From Kofleriaceae bacterium (GTDB taxonomy: Bacteria; Myxococcota_A; Polyangia; Haliangiales; Haliangiaceae), in NCBI GenBank assembly GCA_965215005.1, contig CBDCCZ010000018.1, forward strand, positions 64,001 through 128,000: DNA of 64,000 nt, in the 5' to 3' direction. Within the stretch, counting starts at the first letter, position 1. Each line of letters begins with the position of its first letter. Below the pieces are notes generated by a model that had not been told where the DNA came from, made no database searches, and saw only the letters and a list, made by a program, of their open reading frames with translations. Shown here one piece after another: positions 1 through 12,834 of the stretch. The position numbers and the translations under genes were made by a program.

Positions 1-2
1 AT

Positions 3-191
3 GTAGAAGAGCAGCGCCGCGCGTATCGGGCCACGATGGCAGCCTGGAGCGGCGTTGCAGAGCTAACCGGCGTGTTCTTCTGGAACTGGAATGGCGCCGG
101 TGGGCTCAACGATGAAGACTATACGCCGCGCGGCAAACCCGCGGAGGCGCTGCTGCGTGCCTGGTTCCATCACGATTGCTCAGTCGATTAG
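3..191 (+). CDS. C-terminal fragment of a probable glycoside hydrolase (GH113-like TIM barrel); partial at window edge
   Basis: Frame 3 reads [29 protein letters not shown]...[17 protein letters not shown]..., stop TAG 189-191; GxFxWxW and YTPxGKPAE..L..W resemble GH113 C-termini. Confidence 0.6.
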   Translation, partial: VEEQRRAYRATMAAWSGVAELTGVFFWNWNGAGGLNDEDYTPRGKPAEALLRAWFHHDCSVD

Positions 192-1330
192 TTTGCCGAT
201 GCGCTCGAAGCGATAGCCACCGGCCTTCGCCGGGCTCGTGGACCGCCAAATGAACATCGCCTTGCCCTTGATGTTTTCCAGCGGCACCGGTCCCCACACC
301 CGCGAATCTTGCGAATTGGCGCGATTGTCGCCCATGACAAAGACGTGTCCTTCGGGCACGACGTAATGGACCTGCGGCTCGCACGCACCGGCACTAGCCG
401 CGTTGGACGCCGGCTCGAGTCGACCGAGCGCCGCCTGTCGCTGGGCCTCGGTGCGATCCTTGTCGGGACCGAGGCACCGCGGGACCGTCGGCAGCTCCTC
501 CATCTCATCGGCGCGCTCCGGTAGCCGCGGAAAGTCGTCCCTGCTGCGATACTCGCGATAGGTCGGCGTTGCATCTGCCGCGCGCTCGGCATCGTCCTCG
601 GGGCGCTCGGCCCGATGCATGACGCTGTAGTTTCGATCGCCGACGGTCTCGCGATAGCGGCTACAGCTGCGCTCGTTCCATTGCCCGAAGGTCTCGTCGT
701 GATCCCAATAGCTACACTCTTGCCCGTCTTGCAGGAGCTCATGAGGCACGGGCTTGCCGTTGACGTAGAGGATGTCGCACCGGACCTCGACCGAGTCTCC
801 GGCCACCGCTACCACGCGCTTGATGAAGTCTTTCTCCGGCTCGCACGGCATGATGAAGACGATGACCTCACCGCGTTCGGGGGCACGCACCTCGAAGAAT
901 TTGGTCATCGTGAACGGGATGCGGATCCCGTAGAGAAACTTGTTCACGAAGATGTGGTCGCCGATTTCCAACGTCGGGATCATCGAGCCCGACGGGATCT
1001 TGAACGCCTCGACCACGAACGCGCGCAACAGCAACGCGATCAGCACCGCTTTGCCGATAGAGGCCGCGTATTCGTGAAGCGTTGATTTGCGAGCAAAGGC
1101 AAGGTGCTCGTCAGCCAGGGCATCGAGCACGCTCAGCTCGCGCTTGATGCCGTCGTCATCGCCATGCTCGAGGGCACTCTGCAGGCGATTTGCGTGTGTC
1201 TCGAGCTCCGAGCGAACGACCGCGGGAACCCGGTCTGGGTGCCGGAGCAAGCCGCGGCGCACCTCGTGTAGCAGCGCTTTGCCCTCACGGCGAACCTGCC
1301 GTTCCAAAGAGCGAGGATTCGCGCCGGCCA

Positions 1331-1331
<1 letters not shown>
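180..1331 (-). CDS. lepB: Signal peptidase I with N-terminal helical extension
   Basis: [10 protein letters not shown] (catalytic Ser), DFIKRVV (catalytic Lys), [14 protein letters not shown] box; ATG at 1329-1331 overlaps the corrected lepA stop (TGATG). Confidence 0.93.
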
Positions 1332-3134
<1,803 letters not shown>

Positions 3135-3168
3135 GCTCGGCGGGTCTACCGCAATTCCCACTGGGAAG

Positions 3169-3366
3169 CTAGCGCGGCTCGTCGGTACGCCACGGCGGCG
3201 AGAGCCACGGCAGGGCCGCCGCAGCCCGGTGCTTCTCGAGGATCAGGTCGATGCCTTGGCGAATGTACTCGGCGACCGGTACCTTGGTGCGCGCGTGCAG
3301 CTCCTTGAGCTGCCGATCCTGCTCCGGGGTCAGGTAAACCGTCGTCGAGATCTTCCGGCGCGCCAC
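3169..3366 (-). CDS. Small ribbon-helix-helix DNA-binding protein
   Basis: [46 protein letters not shown] fits the RHH strand-helix-helix pattern; TATGGT box 7 nt before the GTG. Confidence 0.8.
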   Translation of the reverse strand: MARRKISTTVYLTPEQDRQLKELHARTKVPVAEYIRQGIDLILEKHRAAAALPWLSPPWRTDEPR

Positions 3367-3493
3367 GCTCGCTACCATACGAGGCGCTTGCCGGGTGGTC
3401 AAACGTGCGAAAGCGCCGCCGCGTGCCGAGGCGGCGGCGGTAGTGACGCGGGCACCTTGCGCGCGCCGGTGGCGCCGTTTAACCTCCAAAATC

Positions 3494-4276
3494 ATGGGGA
3501 AATCCTCGACTTATCGCCTCGTTTCGGTTGCGGCAGCGGTGCTCTTGATCGTCGGCTGCGGCGGCAAGAACAAGCAGTCTGCAAACGATCCCAAGCGCAT
3601 GGCGGGCGGCGACGGCATGGTGCCCGCGGTCGACCCCACCTTGTGCGAGACCTCGGGCAAGCGGGTGGAGACGTTCGATCTCAACCGCGACCAGCGCCCC
3701 GATGTTTGGAAGCTCTACGCCACCATTGAAGAAGGTGGCGCGCGGCTCGAGATCTTGACCTGCAAGCAGGTCGACTTTGACCACGACGGCTCAAAAGACT
3801 ACGTCGTCGCCTACAACAAGAAGGGCGCGCGCGTCTTCGAAAAATACGACTACGACTTCGACGGCGTGTTCGACTCGTTTGCCCAGTTCGACGAGAAGTC
3901 GGGCGCTATCGTCGAAGTGCAGTCGGACAGCGACTTCGACGGCAAGTACGACATCCTCGAGATCTACGGCACCGATGGGCAGCTCAAGTCGCTGCGCCGT
4001 GACCGCAACGCCGACGAAAAGCCTGACCTGTGGGAGCAGTACGAACGCGGCCAGCTCGTGGCGATCCTTTACGACGAGGACTACGACGGCAAGGTCGATC
4101 GCCGCGAGGAGTCGCCAGGCAACACCGCGCCCAACGAAATGCCCCAGCCGCAGCCGGTGGACGGCCAAGATCTCGACACCGGGGCGGACACCAGCGCGGA
4201 CACCGCCGAGCCCCAAGAAGGCGCCGACAGCGCCGACGCGCCGGCGACCACCGAGCCCGCAACCAACACCCCGTGA
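3494..4276 (+). CDS. Lipoprotein with six DxDxDG-type putative Ca2+-binding repeats and an acidic tail
   Basis: Lipobox LIVGC; repeats DLNRDQRPD, DFDHDGSKD, DYDFDGVFD, DSDFDGKYD, DRNADEKPD, DEDYDGKVD. Confidence 0.8.
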   Translation: MGKSSTYRLVSVAAAVLLIVGCGGKNKQSANDPKRMAGGDGMVPAVDPTLCETSGKRVETFDLNRDQRPDVWKLYATIEEGGARLEILTCKQVDFDHDGSKDYVVAYNKKGARVFEKYDYDFDGVFDSFAQFDEKSGAIVEVQSDSDFDGKYDILEIYGTDGQLKSLRRDRNADEKPDLWEQYERGQLVAILYDEDYDGKVDRREESPGNTAPNEMPQPQPVDGQDLDTGADTSADTAEPQEGADSADAPATTEPATNTP

Positions 4277-4316
4277 GGCGCCGCCGTCGCGGCCCCAGTC
4301 GCGCCGGCCTCGCCCG

Positions 4317-5839
4317 TTAACGGAACTGCCGCCCGAGCAACGCTTTCATCGTCCGCAACAGCACGCGGAATTTGCGGTCGGAGTACGGGTACCACCAAAG
4401 CTCTTTCTTCGGTGCGAGCCGGTCGTAATTGACGTGGCGAACTTGGCAGAGGTCTCGCAACCCAATGATGGAGTGGGTGCGACCCACGCCGCTCATCTTG
4501 AGCCCACCCCACGGCGTTTCGGGGCACGCGAAGGTGTTGAGGACATCGTTGACCATTACGGTGCCGACCTCGAGCCGCTCTGCGAGCCGCTTGCCGCGTC
4601 GGCGATCTTTGGTGAACACGTAGCCAAGCAACCCCAGATGCGAATCATTGGCCAGCTCGATGGCTTCCGCCTCCGAGCCCACCTTCATTATCGGTATCAC
4701 CGGCCCGAAGATCTCCTTCTTCATCACCTCCATCGACGGCTCGCAGTCAGTGAGCACCGTGGGTGGATAGAAGAGGCCCGGTCCGCTCGCACGCTCACCG
4801 CCGGTGCGAATGCGCGCGCCGGCAGCGACGGCGCTACGCACCAACCGTTCGACCTCATCGAGCTGCCGATCCCAGGTAATGGCTCCCACGTCGACCTCGG
4901 CGGCCCCCGCATCCCCTTGCCGCAGTGACTGCGTGAGAGCGACGATGCGCTCGACCAGCTCGTCGTGCACGGCGTGGTGCGCATAGACCCGCTCCACCGA
5001 CGCGCACACCTGGCCAGCGTTGGCGAATCCGCCCCAGACGATGGCGCTCGCGGTGCGCTCGAGATCGGCATCGGCACAGACGATGGCTGGCGCCTTGCCG
5101 CCGAGCTCGAGCGTGCACGGAATCAGCCGTTGTCCGCACGCCGCGCCAACCTTTTGGCCCGTGGCCACCGAACCGGTGAACACGCAGTAGTCGATCCCTG
5201 CATCGATGAGCGCGGCGCCGGCAGGACCGCGTCCGGTGACCACTTGCAGAAGGTCCGCCGGCAGCCCGCAGTCATCGAAGAGCTTCTTGCCGAGAAGCGC
5301 GATGAGCGGCGTCACCTCGGAGGGCTTGAGCACCACGCCGTTGCCCGCCAAAACCGCCATCATGACCTCGCCCATCGGGATCGAAAACGGGAAGTTCCAC
5401 GGCGAGATCACGCCGACCACGCCGCGCGGCGCGTAGTGGATGTAGCTGCGGCGGTGACGCAAAAGATGCAAGTCGATGCGCTCGGGCGCGAGCATCCGCG
5501 GCGCCTGCTTGCTGAAGTAGTTGACCAAATCGGCGACCACCGCCACTTCGGTGCCAAGCGCTTCCCGAGGGCGTCTTGCCGGCTTCTTTGACGAGCAGCT
5601 CGATGACTTCATCGGCGCGCGCCATGAGCACTTTGCTGAATCGCCGCACCTGCCGACACCGGTCTTCGAGCGCGACCTCGCCCCACTCGAGCTGCGCCGC
5701 GCGCGCCCGCCGGACCGCCCTCGCGCACCTCGTCTTCAGTTGCATCTGGCACATCGCCGAGCGGCACGCCGGTGGCTGGATTGACGCTAACGATTCGATC
5801 TCGTTTGCTGGCTCGCGCCGCGGCATTCATCGCGCCCAT
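4317..5839 (-). CDS. NAD(P)-dependent aldehyde dehydrogenase, split by two +1 indels (~5570, ~5719)
   Basis: SVNPATG, SPWNFP, LKPSEVTP, FTGS, LELGGK, GQVCAS, EIFGPV spread over three frames; removing one base from each of two 3-base runs restores a single ORF. Confidence 0.9.
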
Positions 5840-5930
5840 GGCCGCGACGGTAGCTGCAGCCACTGCCAACGGTCAACGCGGGCTTCCTGCTCAACGACTG
5901 CGCCTCGCGGGTCGAGCGCCCGACGAACCG

Positions 5931-6218
5931 TCAATACGGGTGATGATGCCCGTCGGGGCCCGAGAGGTGCGGGTGCGGGTGCGGGTGGTGGTGATGGCCG
6001 CTGGTGCCATGCGGATGCGCGTGCTCGTGCTCGTGCGGCTCATGGCCAGGTTTTCGGCTCGCGCGCGCAGGCCGCGATTTGCGCGCTTTGCCGGCGGAGG
6101 GCTCGACGCGCCACTTGCGCGCTCGCGGCCGTTTCCCCAAATCGCCGCACGCCCAAAGCCCCACCGCCATCAGGACGACGATGAGCCAAACCAGCCGCCC
6201 ACCGCGCGCTCGGGTCAC
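5931..6218 (-). CDS. Small putative lipoprotein with basic linker and His/Pro-rich C-terminus
   Basis: Hydrophobic signal ending LWAC; tail HEPHEHEHAHPHGTSGHHHHPHPHPHLSGPDGHHHPY; GTG overlaps the upstream stop (GTGA). Confidence 0.65.
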   Translation of the reverse strand: MTRARGGRLVWLIVVLMAVGLWACGDLGKRPRARKWRVEPSAGKARKSRPARASRKPGHEPHEHEHAHPHGTSGHHHHPHPHPHLSGPDGHHHPY

Positions 6219-7862
6219 GGACGCTTCTTCTTCTGCGCCATCTTGCGCTTGAGCGCCTCGAGCTCGTCGTCCACCGTATTCTCCGGTTTGGGCGGCTTTG
6301 CCGAGGCACGCGGCGCCTCGCCTTGCCGCCGTTTCAAATCGGCAAGCATGTCGTCGATAGACGCTTTGGGCGGCGCGGATGGCGGCGGTGGACGGCGCGC
6401 AGCGGCGCCGCGCGGCGCCGCTGCGACACGACGCGCGGCGGTCTCGAGCCGCTGCATCTCGCCTTCTAGCTCGGCCATCTCGCGCAAGGCCGCGTGCATG
6501 CGGGTTCGGGCTTCGTCGGCGCGGCGCTGCGCGGCCTGAGCTGCCTCTTCACGGCCATGCCCGCGCTCGCTCGCGGCTTCGCGATCGGCGGCATCGGCGG
6601 CTTGCCGAGCGCGTGTCATCGCCTGGCCAGCGGCGGCGAGTCGGGTTTTGACCTCGCTGCGCAGGCGCGCCAGCTCCGCGGCATCGGGAATCGATTGCGC
6701 CGGCGGCGGGCTGCCACCGAGATCCTCTAGCTCGCCCGGCATTGCCGAGGTTCGCGCCGCCGCCTCCGCGGCGTCTGCCGCCGCATGCACCCTCTCGCGC
6801 GTTTGCGAGCCGTGCACGCGCCGCCGCTGCTCGAGGATCGCCAGGCGCTCACGACCGACGATCCACGCGATGTCCGCGGCCGTGCGCGCGCCGTCGAGAC
6901 CGACCCGCCGATCGGCCACCTCGGGTTGTTTTAGCAGTGGCTCGAGCGCAGAGGAAAGCAGCAGCGCATTATCGGCAGTGGCGCCGCGCTGCCGCTCGAG
7001 GAGTGCCTTGGCGGCGGCTTCTTCGTCCGGCCCTTCCGGCAAAAACGAAACGACTCGCGCACCAACCATCAGCGCACGCTGCACCGCCGCCTCGCGCGGA
7101 CGGGCGATCACGACCTCCGCAGCGCGCCACAACGCCGGCGTGTCGGCGGTGGCACCAAACAACTTGGCGCGCAGCTCGAGCGTCGGCACCTGCCGCCGCA
7201 GCGCGGTGGCGGCCTCGGCGTCGGTTCCCGCATCGAAGAGATACGTGACCGCCCCGCCTCCCAACAGCGACAGCTGAAGCGCGATCTGCTGCGCGCGATC
7301 ATAGCCAAAGCCGGCGACCTCGACGACGACCACCGCGCCCGCGGCAATTTGAAAGCGCGTCCGCAGCTCCGCCCGCGCAGTAGCCGCCGCACGGGCAAAG
7401 GCGTGCTCGCAAAATGGGCCGACCGGCAGGATGCGCTCGCCCTGCGACGCCGAGCTCGCTCAGCGCGACCGCTGCCTCATCATCGACAGTGAGGTAGCGA
7501 TCGCAGTCGGTGGCGCCCCATTCTCTCGACGGCGCGAGCTCGGTCGCAATGCCGATCACCGGCGCTGGATGACGCGACTGATCGCGCGCCACCGACAGCG
7601 CAGCCGCCGTGCCCGGATCGAAGCACACGCACACCTGGGGCGGGTTGAGCTCGATCTCGCGCGCCAGTCGCCGCTCGGCGAGCTCGCCCACAATCGCGTG
7701 GAACATGCGCTCCACCGCGCCCTCGTGGCGCGCGCCGATGCGGCCCGAGTCGATCGCGCGCACACGACAACCCGCCGCTTCGAGCGCCGCCAACACCGGC
7801 GTGACCGCCACCTCCGAGGCCCCCGGACTGGTCACCAAAAGCACCCGTGGCTCGTCGCTCAA
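6215..7862 (-). CDS. GT-B glycosyltransferase-like protein (MGDG synthase/GT28-like) with a C-terminal coiled coil; +1 indel at ~7441
   Basis: Rossmann-like start RVLLVTSPG, DRYLTVDDEA, ERILPVGP, AAEVVIARP; C-terminus ends VDDELEALKRKM; TTG overlaps the upstream stop. Confidence 0.6.
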
Positions 7863-8813
7863 GAAACCACCTCGGGGTTAACGACGTGGCTGGGCCGACG
7901 CCCCGCAAGCACTGCACTTACCGCCTCTGCACACATCTCGGCCATTCGTCTTCTGGCGGTAGTGGTAGCCGATCCAATGTGCGGCGCCAAGATCACCCGG
8001 CGATTGCCGAGTAGCGCCGGCTGCACCCGCGGCTCATCGGCAAAAACATCGAGTCCCGCGCCGGCGAGCGCGCCAGCCTCGAGCGCCGCCGCCAGCGCCG
8101 CTTCATCGACGCAGCGGCCGCGGGCGGTGTTAATGAGGATCGCGGTCGGCTTCATGGCGGCCAGCGCGGCAGCGTCGATTAGGCCTTCCGTGTCACTATT
8201 GAGCGGGCAGTGCAAGCTCACGAAGTCTGCTTCGCGCAGCAGCGCCGACAGCGGCACGGCAACCGCGCCGCGCGCAACCTCAGCGGGTGCCGGCGACGGC
8301 GCCGCATATAGCACCCGCATCGCAAAGCCCTCGGCGCGCCGCGCCACCGCCTGACCAATGCGCCCGAAGCCGACGATCCGAGCGTCCGCCGCGCGACGTC
8401 GACGCCAAGCAGCTGATCTGGCGCCCAGCCGTGCCAGCCGCCGCTGCGCACCAGCGCGTCGCCTTCGACGAGCCGCCGCGCGGCCGCGAGCAGCAGCGCG
8501 AACGTCAAATCCGCGGTCGCATCGGTCAGCACGTCGGGCGTGTTGGTGACGATGATCCCGCGCCGAGTCGCGGCAGCCACATCGATGTTGTCGTAGCCGA
8601 CCGCGTAGTTCGCGACGACCCGTAACCGCGGGGCGGCCGCGAGAAGCTCGTCGTCGACGCGATCGCTAACCAAGGTGATCAACGCGTCGGCCGCGCCCAC
8701 CGAAGCCACCAGCTGGTCGCGCTCGAGTCGTCCGCTCGCGGGCACCCGCAGCTCGACCTCGCCGAGCAGCGCCGCCAAGTCGATCGTAACGCGGCGGAGG
8801 AAACCACGAGCAT
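7859..8813 (-). CDS. D-glycerate/2-hydroxyacid dehydrogenase (glyoxylate reductase family); two apparent -1 indels (~8379, ~8786)
   Basis: VANYAVGYDNID, TNTPDVLTDATAD, G(x)IVGFGRIG, SLHCPL, LINTARG, GLDVFADEP, PHIGSAT. Confidence 0.9.
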
Positions 8814-8938
8814 GACCGGCGCAGGGTAGCACGCAGGTTCGCGTGCTTGCGTCACCGCGCCGACCTTGACTCGCTCGACGGCGACAGTAAGCAATGCCGC
8901 TGATTCACCAGACGTCGTTCTTCGCCACATCGTCCGAA

Positions 8939-8968
8939 TTGACAGAGCAGTCTGACCTCTTCTAGCGT
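8939..8968 (+). promoter_or_regulatory. Candidate sigma70-type promoter for the STAND-TPR gene
   Basis: TTGACA-N18-TAGCGT. Confidence 0.45.
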
Positions 8969-9023
8969 GCGTCCGCGAGGTGGTGGCGCGGGCGCCGCCG
9001 ATCGGCCGCGGGACGCGGGTGGG

Positions 9024-11894
9024 ATGGCGATGGAAAAAATTGATGCGAAGGAGCTCGAGGGCGGTTGGCAACCCGGCGCAGGTTTGATGCAGCGCGACCG
9101 CAGCGATGGCGCGTGGCCGGATACCGGCGACAAGCGAGCACCCTACTTCGACCTCGACGAGTCGTTTCACGACGATGCGACGGTGGTGCAAGCGGTGCCG
9201 TACCCATTGCACGCGCCGCTGATCGGCCGCAGCGCGGTGTTCGAACGCCTGCAACGAGGATGGGACGACGTGCGGGCGTCGCGCCAGCCGGCGTTCTTCC
9301 TGCTGCTCGGCGAGGCAGGAATGGGCAAGCGCCGCATCCTCGAAGAGCTTACCAGCAGCGTTACGACCGCCGTGCCCCAGGCGCGCCTGTTGGTCATCGC
9401 CGGCGAAGGTCGTGAATCACTCGAAGCGCCGCCGTCGCCGGGGGAGACATCGGAAGCCAGGCTCGAGCAGCGTCATGACCTTCGCGGCGGTGTATCGGTG
9501 GCCACCGCCGAAACCGATCACGCTCCACTCGCGGCGATTGCCCGGCTGCTCGCGGGGCTGCTCGAGCTCGACGCCGAGGACGATGCTGGTGTCATGCAGG
9601 CCAAGATTCTGGCCTCGGTGAGCGCTCGCCTTCCCGCGCCACAGGTCCGGCAGGTGGCGCATCTTCTGAGCCATCTGTTGCGGGTGCCACTGCCTGCGGG
9701 CGCCGCCGAGGAGATCTCGGAGTCGCCACAGCGACTGGCGAGTCGCACCTTTCTAGCGGTACGCAATCTGATTGCGGCCGAAGCCGCGAGCCGGCCGCTG
9801 CTGGTGTGTCTCGAGCACCTCGAGCGAGCCAGCGCACACCTCGTCAACCTACTGCTCTACCTCGCTGCGGGTCTTTCTGGCAGTCCGGTGCTCCTTTTGG
9901 CAACGGCGCAGCCGTGCGTCCTCGAGCGTCACCCGAGCTTGCGCAACGCGGACGTTCAGCGGCTCGAGCTGCTTCCTTTGCAAGACGCCGACGCAGAGAC
10001 GCTGCTGCGCGAGCTGTGCCGTCCGCTCGGGCAGGTGCCGTCGCGGCTGGTCGCGCACGCTCGCAAGCTCGGTGGCGCGCCGCGCGCGTTGGTCGAGCTG
10101 ATGCATCTGCTCTTGGAAACCGACGTCATCGTCCGCAGCGGCCCGGTGAGCTGGCGTCTCGACTCGCTCGCGCTGGCGCGCACCCAGTTTCCAAGTGACT
10201 ACGATGAGCTGGTGGCGGCACGGCTGGCGGCCATGGAACCGGCGCCGCGTCGAGTGCTCGAGTACGCCGCAGTTCTCGGCGAAGGCGTTGCGCTCGACGC
10301 CGTGCTCGCCCTCGAGCGCGGCAGCGATGCAGCGAGCGACCCCGATGGTCCACCGCTGCCGCACATCACGGGTCGCGACGAAGCGCGCTTGGCGGTCGAA
10401 GCGGCGCTCACGCACCTCGAGCTCGGCGGATGGCTAGCGCCTGGCGATGGCGCGCGCTGCTATCGGTTCGTCGACAGCGCCCTGGTGGAGCGCATCGCGG
10501 CGCGCCTTCCCGAGCAGCGAGCGCGCCGTCTGCACCGCATTGCCGCCCAGTGGCTCGAGCTTCGACCTTCCGGCCGCGGCCGCCTCGATCAGCAGCGGAT
10601 CGCCCATCATCTCGAGCGCGCTGGCGATCTCGCTGGTGCCGCTGCTCGGTATCGCCGAGCCGCTCACGCGGCGCGTGCGGCGTACTCGAGCGCGGAGGCC
10701 ATCGATCTATATCAGCGAGCGTTTGCGTGTCTGGATCGCGACGAGGTCGTCCTGCGCCTCCACCTCTGGCATGACCTCGGCACGGTCTATGAGCGCACCG
10801 GCGACTTCCAAGCGGCGCGGGCCGCCTACGAGCGCATGTTGCGGCTGTCGTGGCGGATCGCGGCGCGCGCCAAAGCCGCCGTAGCCTGCAACAAGATCGG
10901 TCGGGTGTGGCGTCGGCAAGGCGCGCTGCGTCTGGCACTCGAGTACCTCGAGCGCGCAGCGGCGCTATTCGAGCAGGCCCGCGATGAGCGCGGCATCACC
11001 GGCTCACTCGACGACATCGGACACACGCTCTACCTGCTCGGCCGCTATGATGAAGCCGAGGCCAGAATTTCAGCCGCACTGGCGCGGCGCGGGCGCGACG
11101 GCGATGCGCGCAGCTTGGCAGCGTCGCTGTCCAATCTGGGCAACCTTCAGACCTCGCGTGGGCGCTATCTTGAGGCCCATCGCAGCCATCAAGAAGCGCT
11201 CGCACTGTGGCGCGCCGCCGGCGATCGCTCCGGCATCATCCTGTCGCAAAGCAACTTGGCGTGGCTTGCCCATCATCGCGGCGAGCTCGACGCCGCGCGG
11301 CGCGGCTGGCGACGGGCGGTCGCCGACGCCGTCGCCATCGGCGCCACACCGCTGCAGGCGCTCGCGCTGGCGCATTTGGGCGAGCTGGCCGTGACGGTGG
11401 GGCACCCTGATGAAGCCAGGAGCTTGCTCGAAGAGGCGCTCGAGCTCGCCCACGATCTCGACGACCGCCGACTCACCGCGATGATCACTGGCAACCTGGC
11501 GTTGGTCGAGAACGCGGCAGGCAATCTCGCTGCCGCCGAGCGACTAGCGCGCCAGGCCCATGCAGTGGCGGCGGCCGCGGAGCTGCGCGAAGCCGAGGGT
11601 CGAGCGCTCATCACGCTTGGCGAGGTCCTCTCGGCCAGCCTGTTCGACGCCGAACACGCTGCCGCGCCCGATACCGAGCGCGCCGCAGCGAGCTTCGACG
11701 CGGGCCTGGCGGTGCTGCGCCAGCTCGGCAACCCGTCCGAGCTCGGCCGCGGCCTCGAGCGCTATGGCCGCTTCCTGGCCGAGCGCGGCGATATCGGCGC
11801 CGCCAAGGACCTCCTGCGCGAGGCACTCCTTTTGTACACCAAGCTCGGTACCGGCCGGGCGCAAGAGGTAGAGCGACTGCTTCAGGCAGTGTAG
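9024..11894 (+). CDS. STAND/AAA_16-type P-loop protein with a C-terminal TPR array
   Basis: PLIGR...LLLGEAGMGKRR (Walker A-like), LLVCLEHLE (Walker B position), multiple TPR helices; start could be 9024 or 9030. Confidence 0.85.
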   Translation: MAMEKIDAKELEGGWQPGAGLMQRDRSDGAWPDTGDKRAPYFDLDESFHDDATVVQAVPYPLHAPLIGRSAVFERLQRGWDDVRASRQPAFFLLLGEAGMGKRRILEELTSSVTTAVPQARLLVIAGEGRESLEAPPSPGETSEARLEQRHDLRGGVSVATAETDHAPLAAIARLLAGLLELDAEDDAGVMQAKILASVSARLPAPQVRQVAHLLSHLLRVPLPAGAAEEISESPQRLASRTFLAVRNLIAAEAASRPLLVCLEHLERASAHLVNLLLYLAAGLSGSPVLLLATAQPCVLERHPSLRNADVQRLELLPLQDADAETLLRELCRPLGQVPSRLVAHARKLGGAPRALVELMHLLLETDVIVRSGPVSWRLDSLALARTQFPSDYDELVAARLAAMEPAPRRVLEYAAVLGEGVALDAVLALERGSDAASDPDGPPLPHITGRDEARLAVEAALTHLELGGWLAPGDGARCYRFVDSALVERIAARLPEQRARRLHRIAAQWLELRPSGRGRLDQQRIAHHLERAGDLAGAAARYRRAAHAARAAYSSAEAIDLYQRAFACLDRDEVVLRLHLWHDLGTVYERTGDFQAARAAYERMLRLSWRIAARAKAAVACNKIGRVWRRQGALRLALEYLERAAALFEQARDERGITGSLDDIGHTLYLLGRYDEAEARISAALARRGRDGDARSLAASLSNLGNLQTSRGRYLEAHRSHQEALALWRAAGDRSGIILSQSNLAWLAHHRGELDAARRGWRRAVADAVAIGATPLQALALAHLGELAVTVGHPDEARSLLEEALELAHDLDDRRLTAMITGNLALVENAAGNLAAAERLARQAHAVAAAAELREAEGRALITLGEVLSASLFDAEHAAAPDTERAAASFDAGLAVLRQLGNPSELGRGLERYGRFLAERGDIGAAKDLLREALLLYTKLGTGRAQEVERLLQAV

Positions 11895-11923
11895 GCTCGG
11901 CGCAACCACGAAAGGCGATTGTG

Positions 11924-12427
11924 ATGAAACCACTCGTTTGCTTCGTACTCTTGGCCCTCACCAGCATTGGCTGCGGCGGCGATGACTCGCTCAGCGACAA
12001 GCTCGACGATCAGCAGGCGGTTGCGCGTGAGTTGGCCGAGAAGCTCTGCAACTGCCTGCCCGGCGAAGTTGCTCAGACCTGCATCGACAGCTTCGATGAG
12101 CTGTATACACCTGCCGAGCGTTCGTGCCTTCTCGAGGTGCTCGAGATGGACGAAGAAGCCAGCCGCGCCTCGCTCGACTGCATCCAGAATCTCTCGAACA
12201 ACTACTTGGACTGTCTCGACGAGGAGTTCGACTGCGACCTAACCGGGGAGACGCTCTCCTGCGCTCCCGACGACGATGACTGGAAGGACTGCGAGCTACC
12301 TCCCGACATGGAAGCTGCGGCCGACGCGTGTACCGGGGACGACGAGAATGATGATGATGACGATGGCAGCTTCGCCGCTCGCGCGCTCTCGACTCTGACC
12401 CGCATCCGGCTCCTGCCGCTGCGCTAA
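11924..12427 (+). CDS. Cys-rich acidic lipoprotein of unknown function
   Basis: Lipobox SIGC; many Cys; Asp-rich. Confidence 0.75.
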   Translation: MKPLVCFVLLALTSIGCGGDDSLSDKLDDQQAVARELAEKLCNCLPGEVAQTCIDSFDELYTPAERSCLLEVLEMDEEASRASLDCIQNLSNNYLDCLDEEFDCDLTGETLSCAPDDDDWKDCELPPDMEAAADACTGDDENDDDDDGSFAARALSTLTRIRLLPLR

Positions 12428-12438
12428 CGTCGGCGCCC

Positions 12439-12789
12439 ATGCCCTGCCCTCTCGCCCGCCTCGTCGCCGCCGGTATGCTGCTCGCAGCGTGCAAAACCAC
12501 GCCGCCGCCAGCCGATGAGCCCGCCGCCAGCTACGCGGTGCGCGGGACCATCGAGGGCCTGCCGCAAACCACCGGCGACTCCGTGTACATCCATCACGAG
12601 GCCATTCCCACGTTTGTCGACAAGCAAGGCGTGGTCGTGGGAATGCCGGCGATGACGATGCCCTTTGGCGTCGCCGACACCGTCGAGCTAGGCGGGTTCA
12701 CCGTGGGCCAAAACGTCGAGTTTCGCTTTGACGTCTATTGGGATCGCAGCCCGCCCACCGTCATTCGCGCGCTAACGCCGGCGCCCTGA
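12439..12789 (+). CDS. CusF-like copper-binding lipoprotein
   Basis: Lipobox LAAC; IHHEAIP...GMPAMTMPF motif typical of the CusF OB fold. Confidence 0.8.
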   Translation: MPCPLARLVAAGMLLAACKTTPPPADEPAASYAVRGTIEGLPQTTGDSVYIHHEAIPTFVDKQGVVVGMPAMTMPFGVADTVELGGFTVGQNVEFRFDVYWDRSPPTVIRALTPAP

Positions 12790-12834
12790 GGGGGCCGCCG
12801 GCGCTCCTGTGAGGGCGCGCAACGCCCACCTGAC

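Noticed and set aside
4317..8813. Pseudogene cluster or programmed frameshifting
   Set aside because: No slippery heptamers, no in-frame stops after correction and intact catalytic motifs; assembly error is more likely.
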